Source: Octopus sinensis
Taxonomy: Eukaryota
NCBI RefSeq assembly: GCF_006345805.1
Contig: NW_021831944.1
Location: 1-33,480 of the forward strand
Reading direction: 5' to 3'
Length of the DNA: 33,480 nt
Under the pieces are notes generated by a model that was not told where the DNA came from, did not search any database, and saw only the letters and a list, made by a program, of their open reading frames with translations. Made by a program: the position numbers and the translations under genes. Of this stretch, positions 22,507 to 33,463 are shown one piece after another (positions within the stretch are counted from its first letter, which is position 1; every line of letters starts with the position of its first letter).

Positions 22507-23769
22507 ACATCATCACCGTATTAAGATTTATTAAAACTTTTCACCTCTTTCAAAGATGAATAGCTTGTTGTTGTTGTTGGGCAATTTCTACAATAGAATG
22601 TCCTATATAAATTTTTGTTTATTCCATGTCAGACCATGTCTTCCCCAACAGAGAGGCCCCTTGATCAGGACAGATTTGTGCAATTTTTCGCAAAAAAATT
22701 CCTTGACATCCTTTTCCCTTTTTAAATTATTTACATGTTTGTTTAACCATTTTCCATGACTTTATTCATTAAAACTTATTAAAACTTCAGAAGTTCTAAC
22801 AACTTTATAGTCATCGTAATACTTTGCTTTCATTTGTTTTATAAAAATTCCTCCTTGTAATGCTTTTGCTTTCATTTTGTGATAGACAGCTATCATGCAG
22901 AAAATGCCAGCTTGCAAATCCTGTTTTCTGATAAGGTAAAATTGATTAAACTTTAAACCCCAATATCAGGAAAGGAGAGCAGACAGGAAAAGACAGAGAA
23001 ACAGGGAGAGAGAACGAGAGACAGGGGCAGAGCAGGAGAGAGAGAATTTTTGTTTATTCCATATCAGACCATGCCTTCCCCAACAGATAGGCCTCTTGAT
23101 CAGGAAAATTCTTCACTATGATAATAATCAACCATCAATCACTTCATAGTCACACATCATCAATATTCTCATCCTTCCAACCAGCCACCGATTCCACTTT
23201 GATATTACCTTACCAGTACAATCAATCAATTTTATCATTCAACTGTATTATTTGCTGGTATTTGTAAACCTATCCCACATCACCATGTATTTCTAAATCT
23301 ATTCGTAATTCAAACAGGAACTGAAAACAGGGAATGGGACAAGACATAAAAAAGTGTAATGGGAACAAGAACTGGAAATAATTCGTGCTTTTCTGGGTAT
23401 TAGCATGTAATTCAGCTGGTATATATACATATATATATCATCATCATCATCGTTTAACGTCCGTTCTCCATGCTAGCATGGGTTAGACGGTTCGACCGGG
23501 GATCTGGGAAGCCAGAAGGCTGCACCAGGCTCCAGTCTTATCTGGCAATGTTTTTACAGCTGGATGCCCTTCCTAACGCCAACCACTCCGTGAGTGTAGT
23601 GGGTGCTTTTTACGTGCCACCTGCACAGGTGCCAGGCGAGGCTGGCAACAGCCACAGTCGGATTGATGTATTTTATGTGCCACCGGCACGGAAGCCAGTC
23701 GAGGCGGCGCTGGCATCGGCCACGAGTCGGATAGTGCATATATATATATATATATATAATAATATAAAT

Positions 23770-24206
23770 ATTAGGGAATAAATCCAAACTTACAGGGAAA
23801 AATCAGATTTAGGATTGAATCCAATTTTATAGTAAAATATTATATTATATTAAATTAGAGACAAAACCACTATTAGGCAAATCAAACACTGAAAAACTTA
23901 AGCCAATACATATGATTAATTTATATTATTTAAATATATAACAAAATTATTAAAAAAATATAATTAATATCACACTACGATCGTTTCATGCCTGCTAACA
24001 TCTTCAAATTTTTGAGTCGCAGTCATTCATCAGGTGGTTTAAATATCTAAAATATAATCAATATAATCGTAGTGTGATATTAATTATATTTTTTTAATAA
24101 TTTTGTTATATATTTAAATAATATAAATTAATCATATGTATTGGCTTAAGTTTTTCATTGTTTGATATGCCTAATAGTGGTTTTGTCTCTAATTTAATAT
24201 AATATA
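23770..24206. mobile_element. TA-embedded element with ~140-bp inverted arms (23841-23981 / 24066-24206) and a hammerhead at the inversion point
   Basis: The arms are reverse complements with few mismatches. The left arm extends ~70 bp further, and (TA)n flanks the element. Confidence 0.82.
23973..24036 (-). ncRNA. Type I hammerhead ribozyme with fully canonical core
   Basis: Minus strand: CAC-CUGAUGA-AUGACUGC..UCAAA(AA)UUUGA..GCAGGCAU-GAAA-C-GAUC-GUA^GUG. Palindromic stem III ACGAUCGU. Predicted cleavage is between 23976 and 23975. Confidence 0.78.
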
Positions 24207-24318
24207 TATATATATATATATAACGGGAAGGATTATGAAAATAAACAAAGGACGAAGGCAGGTGGAGTACAAACAAACAATGTATTAGTATGGCGCTCAG
24301 GAATAGAAATAAAACAAG

Positions 24319-24356
24319 TCTTTTACGTTTCGAGCCTATGCTCTTTGACAGAAAGA
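24319..24356 (-). ncRNA. Degenerate minimal hammerhead in a TA-flanked element (~24222-24390)
   Basis: Minus strand: UCUUU-CUGUCAA-A-GAGC(AUAG)GCUC-GAAA-C-GUA^AAAGA. The stems are perfect but the core has A6U and G8A, so this copy is probably inactive. Confidence 0.55.
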
Positions 24357-24397
24357 TACACAGAAAAGAAACAAGGAGAGAAACAAGTGCATATATG

Positions 24398-24442
<45 letters not shown>

Positions 24443-24823
24443 AAATAAATATATAAAACATATGCACATATACATACATATATGTACATACCAACATCTA
24501 TATTTATATACACATGCATATATGGGTACAGGATATCAAAAAAACGTTGAACACAATGAGAAACGAAAACATAAAAACAAAGACATGGAAACGGACTTTT
24601 TTTCAAACAACGAAAAAACAGAGTACAAAACATACAACACAAGGAATATTCCCCTTCTTCAGTTGCCCTTGTTTCAGCTACTCTGCGTTTTGAAGGTATA
24701 TATATATATATATATGCACATATATGTCTGTATGAATATACACAAAGAGCCTAAAAACTTTAGCCTCAGGTGTGGAAAAACAGAAGTGACCAAAATTCAG
24801 TTAAAATAAAGAATTGTTCTTAC

Positions 24824-24951
24824 TTTAGCGGCGATTTGTCCCTTGTGGTTAGCATCAGCCATGACGTAGCTACAAGCTACGACATAGCTGAAACGGACAG
24901 CGTTCACATGGACCAAAGCTCGGAATGCCTCACCAACTTCGTTTGCATAAC
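24824..24951 (-). CDS. MTFP1: MTFP1/MTP18 exon 2
   Basis: Acceptor ttttcag|GT and donor AAA|GTAAGA; 128 nt. It encodes (G)YANEVGEAFRALVHVNAVRFSYVVACSYVMADANHKGQIAAK, the MTP18 family motif GYANEVGEAFR. Confidence 0.95.
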
Positions 24952-25002
24952 CTGAAAATCATTAACAAGAGAAGAAAAGATATTATAAAAAAATGTAGTA
25001 AT

Positions 25003-25420
25003 AGGCGCAAGAGTGGCTGTGTGGTAAGTAGCTTGCTAACCAACCACGTGGTTCCGGGTTCAGTCCCACTGCGTGGCATCTTGGGCAAGTGTCTTCTGCT
25101 ATAGCCCCGGGTCGACCAATGCCTTGTGAGTGGATTTGGTAGACGGAAACTGAAAGAAGCCCGTCGTATATATGTATATATATATATTGTGTGTTGTATG
25201 TGTGTGTGTGTTTGTGTTTGTCCCCCCAACATCGCTTGACAACCGATGCTGGTGTGTTTACGTCTCTGTCACTTAGTGGTTCGGCAAAAGAGACTGATAG
25301 AATAAGTACTGGGCTTTCAAAGAATAAGTTCCGGGGTCAAATTGCTCGACTAAAGGAGGTGCTCCAGCATGGCTGCAGTCAAATGACTGAAACAAGTAAA
25401 AGAGTAAAGAGTAAAAAGAG
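25003..25420 (+). mobile_element. Full-length tRNA-derived SINE
   Basis: A-box-like tggctgtgtggtaag, B-box-like gggttcagtccc, CORE-like tcttgggcaagtgtctt, an internal TA/TG tract and a (gtaaaaga)n tail. Confidence 0.85.
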
Positions 25421-25764
25421 TGTCTTGTGTGTGTGTGTGTGCGCGCATATGTATGTGAGTGTATGCATCATTATATTGATACCATGGTTGTAAACGAGCA
25501 TCATTGTTATACAAGTGGGGGTTGTTCATTTCCAGTCTTCTGTTAAAAATATGGGGAAATATAACCATGCTTGGGAAAAGCAAGGGTTAATGACTAGACG
25601 GACTAAACACTTCTGAGCATTTTGTCTGGCATACTAACAAGTCTGCGAGTTTACCACCTCACTAATTGAACTAATTAATTAAGTGGTTGAGTAAAGTGCA
25701 AGCCGGGAGAGTCACTGGCATGCTGGGCAACATGCTTAGTAGCATTTCATTCATCTTCCCATCC

Positions 25765-26375
25765 TCACTGAGGCAATGACCAGCGACTGAGACCTTTGGA
25801 AATATGCTGTGCGTGAGAAGACCAGGCAGGACAAGTGAGTCCAGCCCACTTATGCATGTCTTTCCTCCCTTGGACACACAAAGACCTGTTGAGGCAAGCA
25901 AAGTCGAAATTGAACCTCATCCGACGACAGGCACCCATGCCAACCCCGCTTCTCTGCTTGCGAAGACCTGCTGGGGCAAGTGAAATCGAAATCGGAATCG
26001 AAATTGAACCAATCCTATGACTGGCACCCGGCAGTTGCCAGGACCCCTGGACTGGTGGTACGTAAAAAGCGCTATCCGAATCGTGGCCGATGCCAGCGTC
26101 GCCTCAACTGGCTGCCATGCCGGTGGCACATAAAATGCACCAATCCGATCGTGGCCGTTGCCAGCCTCGCCTGGCACCTGCGCAGGTGGCACGTAAAAAG
26201 CACCCACTACACTCAAGGAGTGGTTGGCATTAGGAAGGGCATCCAGCAGTAGAAACACTGCCAGATCAGACTGGAGCCTGGTGCAGCGTTCTGGCTTCCC
26301 AGATCCCCGGTCGAACCGTCCAACCCATGCTAGCATGTAGAATGGACGTTAAACGATGATGATGATAATGATGAT
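25765..26375 (+). mobile_element. RTE-type LINE-derived element with (GAT)n tail
   Basis: Reverse-complement homolog of 8883-9562, ending ggacgttaaacgatgatgatg. Confidence 0.75.
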
Positions 26376-26592
26376 CGTGAGTTCAAATTCTGTTGAGGTT
26401 GACTTAGCCTTTCATCCTTTCGGAGTTGATAAAGTAAGTACCAGTTGAACACTGGGATTGATGCAATCAACTAGCCCCACTCCTCACAAAAGTTCATGAG
26501 GCTGGTTTCTCAGATTCTGTGGTATATGAAGGGTGGACCAAAAGTCATGTACTAAGTTCAATAAAATAATGATGAATACAAATTTGTATATG

Positions 26593-27017
26593 AATAATGA
26601 TAATAATAATAATAATAATAAGTCTTGGTATAAAAGATGGGCTACAGCAAATATTCTGCTCAATACCACAGATTTGCTTGTCAGTTGTTTGACCTTAACC
26701 AGTTGAGCATGTCCCTTAGTGGCTGACGATATGTGCATCTCTGATCACGAGCAGAAGTAGTGGGGGAGCATCATAGCCATGTGTTGAGAGGGATTCTTTG
26801 GGGTTTGAACAGTTCACCTCTGGAAACATGGGTGGTTCTTTCAACATCCTTAAACAACCCTTATTCAGGGACCGTTTGAGCGGGATGGGTTACTCAACCT
26901 GAAGAAAATTCTAACTGGGCCCCACCTGCAAGGTCATGTGCTGTTTATCTTGATATGAGATCACCATGTCGCGCACATATGGTTGTGATGCATGTGCCTG
27001 GTGTACCTTTATCAGGT
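26593..27017 (-). mobile_element. Probable retroposon with (TTA)n tail
   Basis: A complex, more GC-rich ~400-bp block abutting an (AAT)n tract. It is a single copy in the window and the family is not established. Confidence 0.35.
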
Positions 27018-27092
27018 ATGCTATGTAACATAACATAAATGGAAAGTGAAATGTTTTGGTGCACAAATTTTGGCCCACCCTGTGCACCCCTC

Positions 27093-27170
27093 TGATGTTG
27101 GTGAACTTCCCCTTTGGTTGATTGATGACAGTGAACTTTCCCTGCAGTGAATTGATGATGGTGAACTTAC
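27093..27170. repeat. ~30-bp degenerate tandem repeat x3
   Basis: tgatgttggtgaacttccc / tgatgacagtgaactttccc / tgatgatggtgaacttac. Confidence 0.7.
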
Positions 27171-27389
27171 TGGACATGACATCAAATGGCTATGGGGGTC
27201 AACCAGAAGGAAATAGAAAACAAAGGGGTCCATAGATAAAAAAAAAAAGATTTGAGAATCACTGCTCTGTAGTAAGAGACCTGTTCCTGTCCTTCAGCCA
27301 CTCAACATCTGGCTCAGAGCCACCTCTCTCAATACTGCACTCCTACCCTAACAAGAGGGTTTCGTGTTGCAATTTATTTAAATACCTCA

Positions 27390-27750
27390 CTAATACTAAT
27401 GACTGAGACAGCATTCACCTGGGGTGGGTTGAGCTGGCTTCATTCATCCTCAATGCTGCATCTCTCACAAATGCCGACCAGGCCTGGCGATTTGAGGCTA
27501 ATGACCGCATGATCTCCAACCACTCCTTATTCCAGCAGTGAACGCCATAGACATGGGGGCCTAGCTTGGGTTGCAGATCAGCCTTGACTGTCATCAGCCA
27601 GGTTTTTCGTTGTCCACCACATCGCTTTCACCAACCCTTTCGCCATGTGTGGAAAATCTACGGCAAACAAGACGTTCTCCCAACAGGGATATACTTGCGG
27701 TTGGGGACCACTAGCGAAATTCCTATTCCCAAGATCCTTCAAACCTTCCT
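27390..27750 (-). mobile_element. RTE-clade LINE 3' fragment (ORF C-terminus, decayed upstream)
   Basis: Minus strand 27618-27415 encodes GGQRKTWLMTVKADLQPKLGPHVYGVHCWNKEWLEIMRSLASNRQAWSAFVRDAALRMNEASSTHPR*. This has RTE-like 'GGQxKTW...LAxxRxxW' motifs, followed by a short repeat tail. Confidence 0.7.
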
Positions 27751-27964
27751 CATGTACATTTCACTAATACTAATGCCATGGTAAATAAAATAAAAAAGCA
27801 CCCTGTGCCCTCTGGAAAGTGGTTGGTGTTAGGAGAGAGCATCCAGCTATAGAAACCATGCCAAAGTAGACAATGGACATCAATACAGTCATTGGAGCTT
27901 GTCCAACATTCTAACCTGTGCCAGCATGGAAGACAGGTGTTCAATGATGACGATGATGTGATGT

Positions 27965-27999
<35 letters not shown>

Positions 28000-28256
28000 A
28001 TGCCCTGGAAAGATGAAAGGTAAGTCGACCTTGGCGAAACATGAACTCAGAATGTTAAGAAATGTCAACTATTTCTTTACAAACATATTTTGTCTGTCAC
28101 TCTACTGCCCCAGCTGTAGCAACATATCATCTGTTGCTTCCGTTTCATTTAGAGATTTCTCCTTCTGCATTTTCTTCCCCCCCCCCACCTGCTTCTTCAT
28201 TCACTCTCTTTCAACTTTCATTCTGCTACTCTCTCTCCCTCTTTCTCTTTTCCTCT

Positions 28257-28318
<62 letters not shown>

Positions 28319-28884
28319 ACATTCTCTTTTTGTGTTTCTCTTGCCCTTTTCCCCTCTCTCACTCACCTTTGTCTTATATCTACTTCTTCTCTCCCTCTCC
28401 CTCTCTTCCTCCTACTCTCTCTATAACCTTTATACAAATGCATAACAAAGGGAAGAGAGGGAGAGAGGCAGAGACAGAGAACGTGAGAGAGAGAGAGAAT
28501 GAGTGAGAGAGAAAGAGAGAGAAAATCAGTGCATGAAATCAGAAGGAAGCCAAATATAATAAGCAGAGAAAATAAGAGAAAAAGAAGAAAACCATAGAAG
28601 AGGAGATAGAGAGAGAGAGGAGAGAGAGAGAGGAGGAGGAGGAGGACATAGTGAAAGAAAGGTACAAGAGAGAGTGAGAAAACAAAAATGAGAAATAGTA
28701 AGAGACAGAGAAAGGAAAAGAGAGCTTAAGATACAAGGGAGAAAAACAAAAACAAGAGAGACAGAAGATAGCAAGGTGGGGGTAAGGAGTATGAAGACTG
28801 TACACACATACATGCATGCAACACACACACACACACACACACACATAGGTAAGTGTACACAGAAAATAGACAGAGAGGATAGAC

Positions 28885-28945
<61 letters not shown>

Positions 28946-28947
28946 TG

Positions 28948-28981
<34 letters not shown>

Positions 28982-28983
28982 TG

Positions 28984-29035
<52 letters not shown>
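28885..29035. repeat. (GATA)n microsatellite within a CT/GA-rich low-complexity region (~28200-29230)
   Basis: Direct reading. Confidence 0.95.
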
Positions 29036-29474
29036 CAGGGAGAGACAGAGACAGAGATAGATAGAGAAAATAGATGCATATACATAGAAGATATATATAA
29101 ATATATATACAAATATATATATATATATATAAATATATGTATATAATACACACACATGATAGAGACACACCAAGAAAATTGATAAATAAGCAGAGATAGA
29201 TAGATAGATAGATAGACAAACAGATAGCTACATAAGTAGATAAAGAAAGAGAGAAGGAGAAAAACAGGTGAGGTAAGATTTGACTTCACCTTTCTATATT
29301 AAATGTCATAAATTCATATACAAAAGCAGAAATAGAACACAGCATGATGATTTATGGGGACGGAAAGGGGGAAAGGAGAGAGGGAGAGAGAGAGAGAGAA
29401 AAGACCTATTATTTATAAATAGTAAGGACATAGAGATCAACAATAATGCTGTTGTGATCTTTATAGATACATAC

Positions 29475-29524
<50 letters not shown>

Positions 29525-29929
29525 ATATATGTATGTATGTATATATATATATATATTAAATATATATTATGCATTGATATAAGTTATTCAATAAAGCCCG
29601 AAACATATGTACCGTAGAATCCTTTGTATCCTGTTTTTCATTTATTTCATTTGATACATATATCCTATCACCTATACCACTAGCTGGCATATACAGGTGC
29701 TTACAGTTATCAAGTATTTACCCTGAATTTTTTGTACCTATATATAATATATATATATACATTACATATATAATCATCATCATTGTTTAACATCCACCTA
29801 CTGTGTGTGTGTGTGTGTTTGTATGTAGTATTTATATATGCATGTATGTGTGTGTAGACAAGTAATAAAGGTTGTATGAAGCTATGATAAATATATTAGA
29901 GGTGGTGTATCTTTCTGTTTCTGAGCACT

Positions 29930-30200
29930 GAAGGGTATTCAGCTGACAATCGTAAGGCTGTGAGTTCAATTCCCAGTGGAGTGGTGAGATGTGTCCTTGA
30001 GCAAGACACTTTATTTTCGCATTGCTCCCGTCAACTCAGCTGGCAAAAATGAGTAGTACCTGGAATTCAAAGGGCCAGCCTTATCACACTCTGTGTCATG
30101 CTGAACCTCCCTGAGAACTATGTTAAAGGTTCGCTTGTTTGTGGAATACCCAGCCACTGGCACATTTATTTCATGTTCTGCTGGTCAAATCAATTGGAAC
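29930..30200 (+). mobile_element. Degenerate tRNA-derived SINE (CORE-like head, same tail as the 4348 SINE)
   Basis: gagttcaattccc, gtgtccttgagcaagacact, then aagggccagccttatcacactctgtgtcatgctgaacctccctgagaactatgtt. Confidence 0.65.
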
Positions 30201-30950
30201 ATTAGGAAGATGCTCTTCCTACTGCCAAACACTCCAAGAGTGTAACGGATGCTTTTATGTGCCACTGGCACGGGTGCCATTTGCATGACACTGATATCTG
30301 CCACAACTGCGATTTTTCTCAGCTTCATGGGTCTTCTTCTCAAGTACAACATTATGCCAAAGATCTTGGTCATTGCCTCTGTGAGGCCCAACACTCGAAA
30401 GGACCTCAGCCACCTTGCCTCTGTGAGGCCTGCTTGAAAATAACTCAGCCACTTTGCCTCCATATATACACACATCAGGTTTCCACACAGTTTCCATCTA
30501 CCAAATCCACTCACAAGACACTTGTTGGCTCAGGGGCTGCAACAGAAGACACTTACTTAAGGTGCCGTGCAGTGGAATTGAACCCAAAACCACGTGGTTG
30601 CGAAACAAGCTTCTAAGCCACACAGTCATGCCTTGTATTTTAGAAGGTAGGATATGATTTGGTGGAGGTTTCTAGCAATTTGAGCAACCACATGGCAGTT
30701 CTCCAATTAAGCTGTTTAACCCTAGGCAACCTGACCAAGCAAACAGCAATCGTTCAGTATTGGTAAGCAACATCATTCACCTACACACTCTTCCCTCAAA
30801 AGCACAGATAAAAAGATTAGGCTGAAAAAGAGGGTGAATGTTGTCGTCTCTTCATATTCACACTGAATACCAATACCGAAGGATCGCCACCAAATCTATG
30901 ATTAAAAGCGTTTCAACTCTGAGTATTCTACTTTTAGTATATGTAGATCA

Positions 30951-31121
30951 TTGGTACTACTTAAGAAGAGTGGTCCCGGTGCGCGCACTCGTGACTAGTC
31001 GATCCTACAACGACTACCTAGCAAAGTAAATAAAACACAAAAACACAAAGTAAGGATCGACTAGTCACGACTAGCTAGCGCGAGTGCGCGCACGGGGACC
31101 ACTCTTCTTAAGTAGTACCAA
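30951..31121. mobile_element. Short GC-rich foldback/MITE-like element
   Basis: 30951-31006 is inverted to 31053-31121, with a ~12-nt insertion in the right arm and an A-rich spacer. Confidence 0.7.
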
Positions 31122-31265
31122 GATAATTTCCTTGCTGGTTTTTTTTTTTTTTGTACAGATGGTAAAGTGTGATTTGAGGGAGATTTGACTGCTATTTCTA
31201 GCAGGTCGAAAGACCATACAGTGATTCTTGTTAGCTCGTAGTTCTGTTAAGAGTAAGAGACAGAG

Positions 31266-31301
<36 letters not shown>

Positions 31302-32234
31302 TTGGTATGTACTATGTTAGTGTGTATCTGTGTATTTTATATAATAAACGTTTGTTTGTGTGTGCATCAAAAAGAGGGAGAGATGTGTGGATATTTATGT
31401 TTGTTGGTTGTGTATATGTGTGTATTAATTGCTGCGCATGTGTGCAACAGAAAGAAACAGGTATTGTGTAGAGATGTCACTATGTACGTTGTATATATGT
31501 GTGTAGGCGTGTGTATGTGTGAAAGAGAGAGAGAGAGAGAGAGGGACAGACAAATCGACAGGTTATGAATGCTATTTGATTGTATGTACGTTTATTTACT
31601 CTGTGTGCGAGAGAGAAAAACAGCGTGTCTTGTATTTACTTATGATTTGTGAACAAAAACAAAAAAAAGGGGGAAACACAAATTATTACAATAGACAGCA
31701 ACTAAAGAACAGTATTAAAAAAAAGTAAACCAGTAAAAAAATAACATAATGAAGCATGTATAATCCCTCAATTATTCAGTGATCTGTTCGGCCTCTAAAA
31801 AATCTTTCTTCGTATGACCCTCTTTCTCTCTCTCTCTCTCTCTGCGAAGAATGAAACTAAACAGTAGATCGCATTCAGATCTTGTGTATATCAAATGATG
31901 AGGATACTTATCTCTTTCTGGATGAAGTAATTTTTTGTTGACCCCTTCAATAAAAGTACATCACACACACACATTAAATCAGTGAAGGAAGAGTGTTATT
32001 CAGAAAACGAACGTCTCGTTCAATAGGTTGCAACTCTGCTAAAAGTACCTAAAAAGGGTGGTGCCTGTCAAGCCGGGTAACGTTTCATTTCTACACAACT
32101 TAAGACAGGTTTTGGCAATTATTAGTCCAGGCCATAGCTAACTAAATAGCGCACCACCTGGAGATGTCATGTATTAGGACATCGCACATACATACATACA
32201 TACATACTTTATTTAAAGCAGCAGAAAATTCAAC

Positions 32235-32281
32235 AAAACCTGTTACTCTGAGTTTCACGTTCCCGTTCGTCGGACAGTTTT
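32235..32281 (-). ncRNA. Compact type I hammerhead (U4C variant) between TACA and TA repeats
   Basis: Minus strand: AAAA-CUGU-CCGACGA-ACG(GGAA)CGU-GAAA-CUC-A-GAG-UA^ACAG-G-UUUU. GNRA-capped stem II, and the same stem III (ACUCAGAGU) as the 15154 motif. Confidence 0.68.
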
Positions 32282-32321
32282 AGATATATATATATATAGA
32301 TATATATATATATACATACAC

Positions 32322-32352
<31 letters not shown>

Positions 32353-33463
32353 CAGAGAGAGATTCCATAAAGAGGAGAGAAGACTTATATCACAGCCGAG
32401 ACCAGGAATTTCCTCGTACTCTGAACATGTTTACATATTTAGAAAACTAATATAATTCTTTCTACTATAAGCAGAAGGCCTGGAATTTTGGAAGAGTGAG
32501 CTCGTCGAATTACATCGACCTCGGTTGGGTACTTTGTTTTATCGACTCGAAAAAGAGGAAAGGCAAAGTCGGGAAAGACTTCCAATTTTTTAAAAAAAGG
32601 GTGGTCTTTCTGTTTTTGTGGGTGGAGCGGAAGTCTTGCCCAAAGTCGATTTCAGCAGTATTTCAGCTCAGAACACAAGACAGAAGAAATACCGCAAAGC
32701 ATTTTGTCCGGTATGCTAACGATTCTGCCAGTTTGCCGCAGAAGACTAACGTCATTTTCCCGTTCTGAAGAGGTCCCAAGGGAAACTTTGTATCCTATAA
32801 ATAATATTCCTGATCCCCTCATTGATATATATATATTTGATGCTGAGCGCACTTCTCTTTATTTTATTTCTAGTTTATTTTATTACTGATTTCTGTGTTT
32901 CATTTTTCTTTTTGTGATGATTTTGGGGATGATTACGTTTGTAAATTATGTTCTTTTAACTTTTAAAAATATATTTGGTTCCTTATGCATGCTTGCATGT
33001 TTGTTTGTATGTCATATTTTCTGTTTGTTGTCCTTTTATATAATCCTGAAAATTTGTATAGTGTGTACTTTTGTCATTGTAATGGATCGTATCTAAGCAG
33101 ATGATTTTGCCAAAGTATGGTTAAAGTGGAATGAATGAAAAAAATGTGTGTGTATGTGTGTGTTATTACATGGACACATGCATGTATATATTGGTATCTG
33201 TGTGAGAGTAGGTTGACGATTGTGGCGAACCCTATTCTGTGACCCCATTATCTTATGTACCCAGTATTTATTAAGACAATCAGGTATGTTTTATGTGATA
33301 TTTAGCTGTAATGTCTAGCAAACCGAACGATCACGTTCAGATTCCCGCGTTGGATCGATGTTATATATTTGAGTAAATGTGAACGTGTGTATTTACGAGT
33401 GTGTATATATATATGCCCGTGTGTGTGTGTGTGTTCGGTACCGGTAAATAAATGCTAACTTAC

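Noticed and set aside
24520-24697. TA-flanked island with minus-strand CTGAAGA-AGGGGAATATTCCTT
   Set aside because: The hairpin is not followed by GAAA. It is probably a related repeat, but no ribozyme can be supported.
32372-32430. Candidate MTFP1 first exon near an ATG on the minus strand
   Set aside because: No MTP18 similarity and an early stop; the true exon end (YVRYLG|GTAAGT) is at 33464-33480.
32761-32795. CTGAAGA-GGTCCCAAGG-GAAACTTTGTA
   Set aside because: The core words are present, but stem II cannot close next to GAAA and there is no stem I complement.
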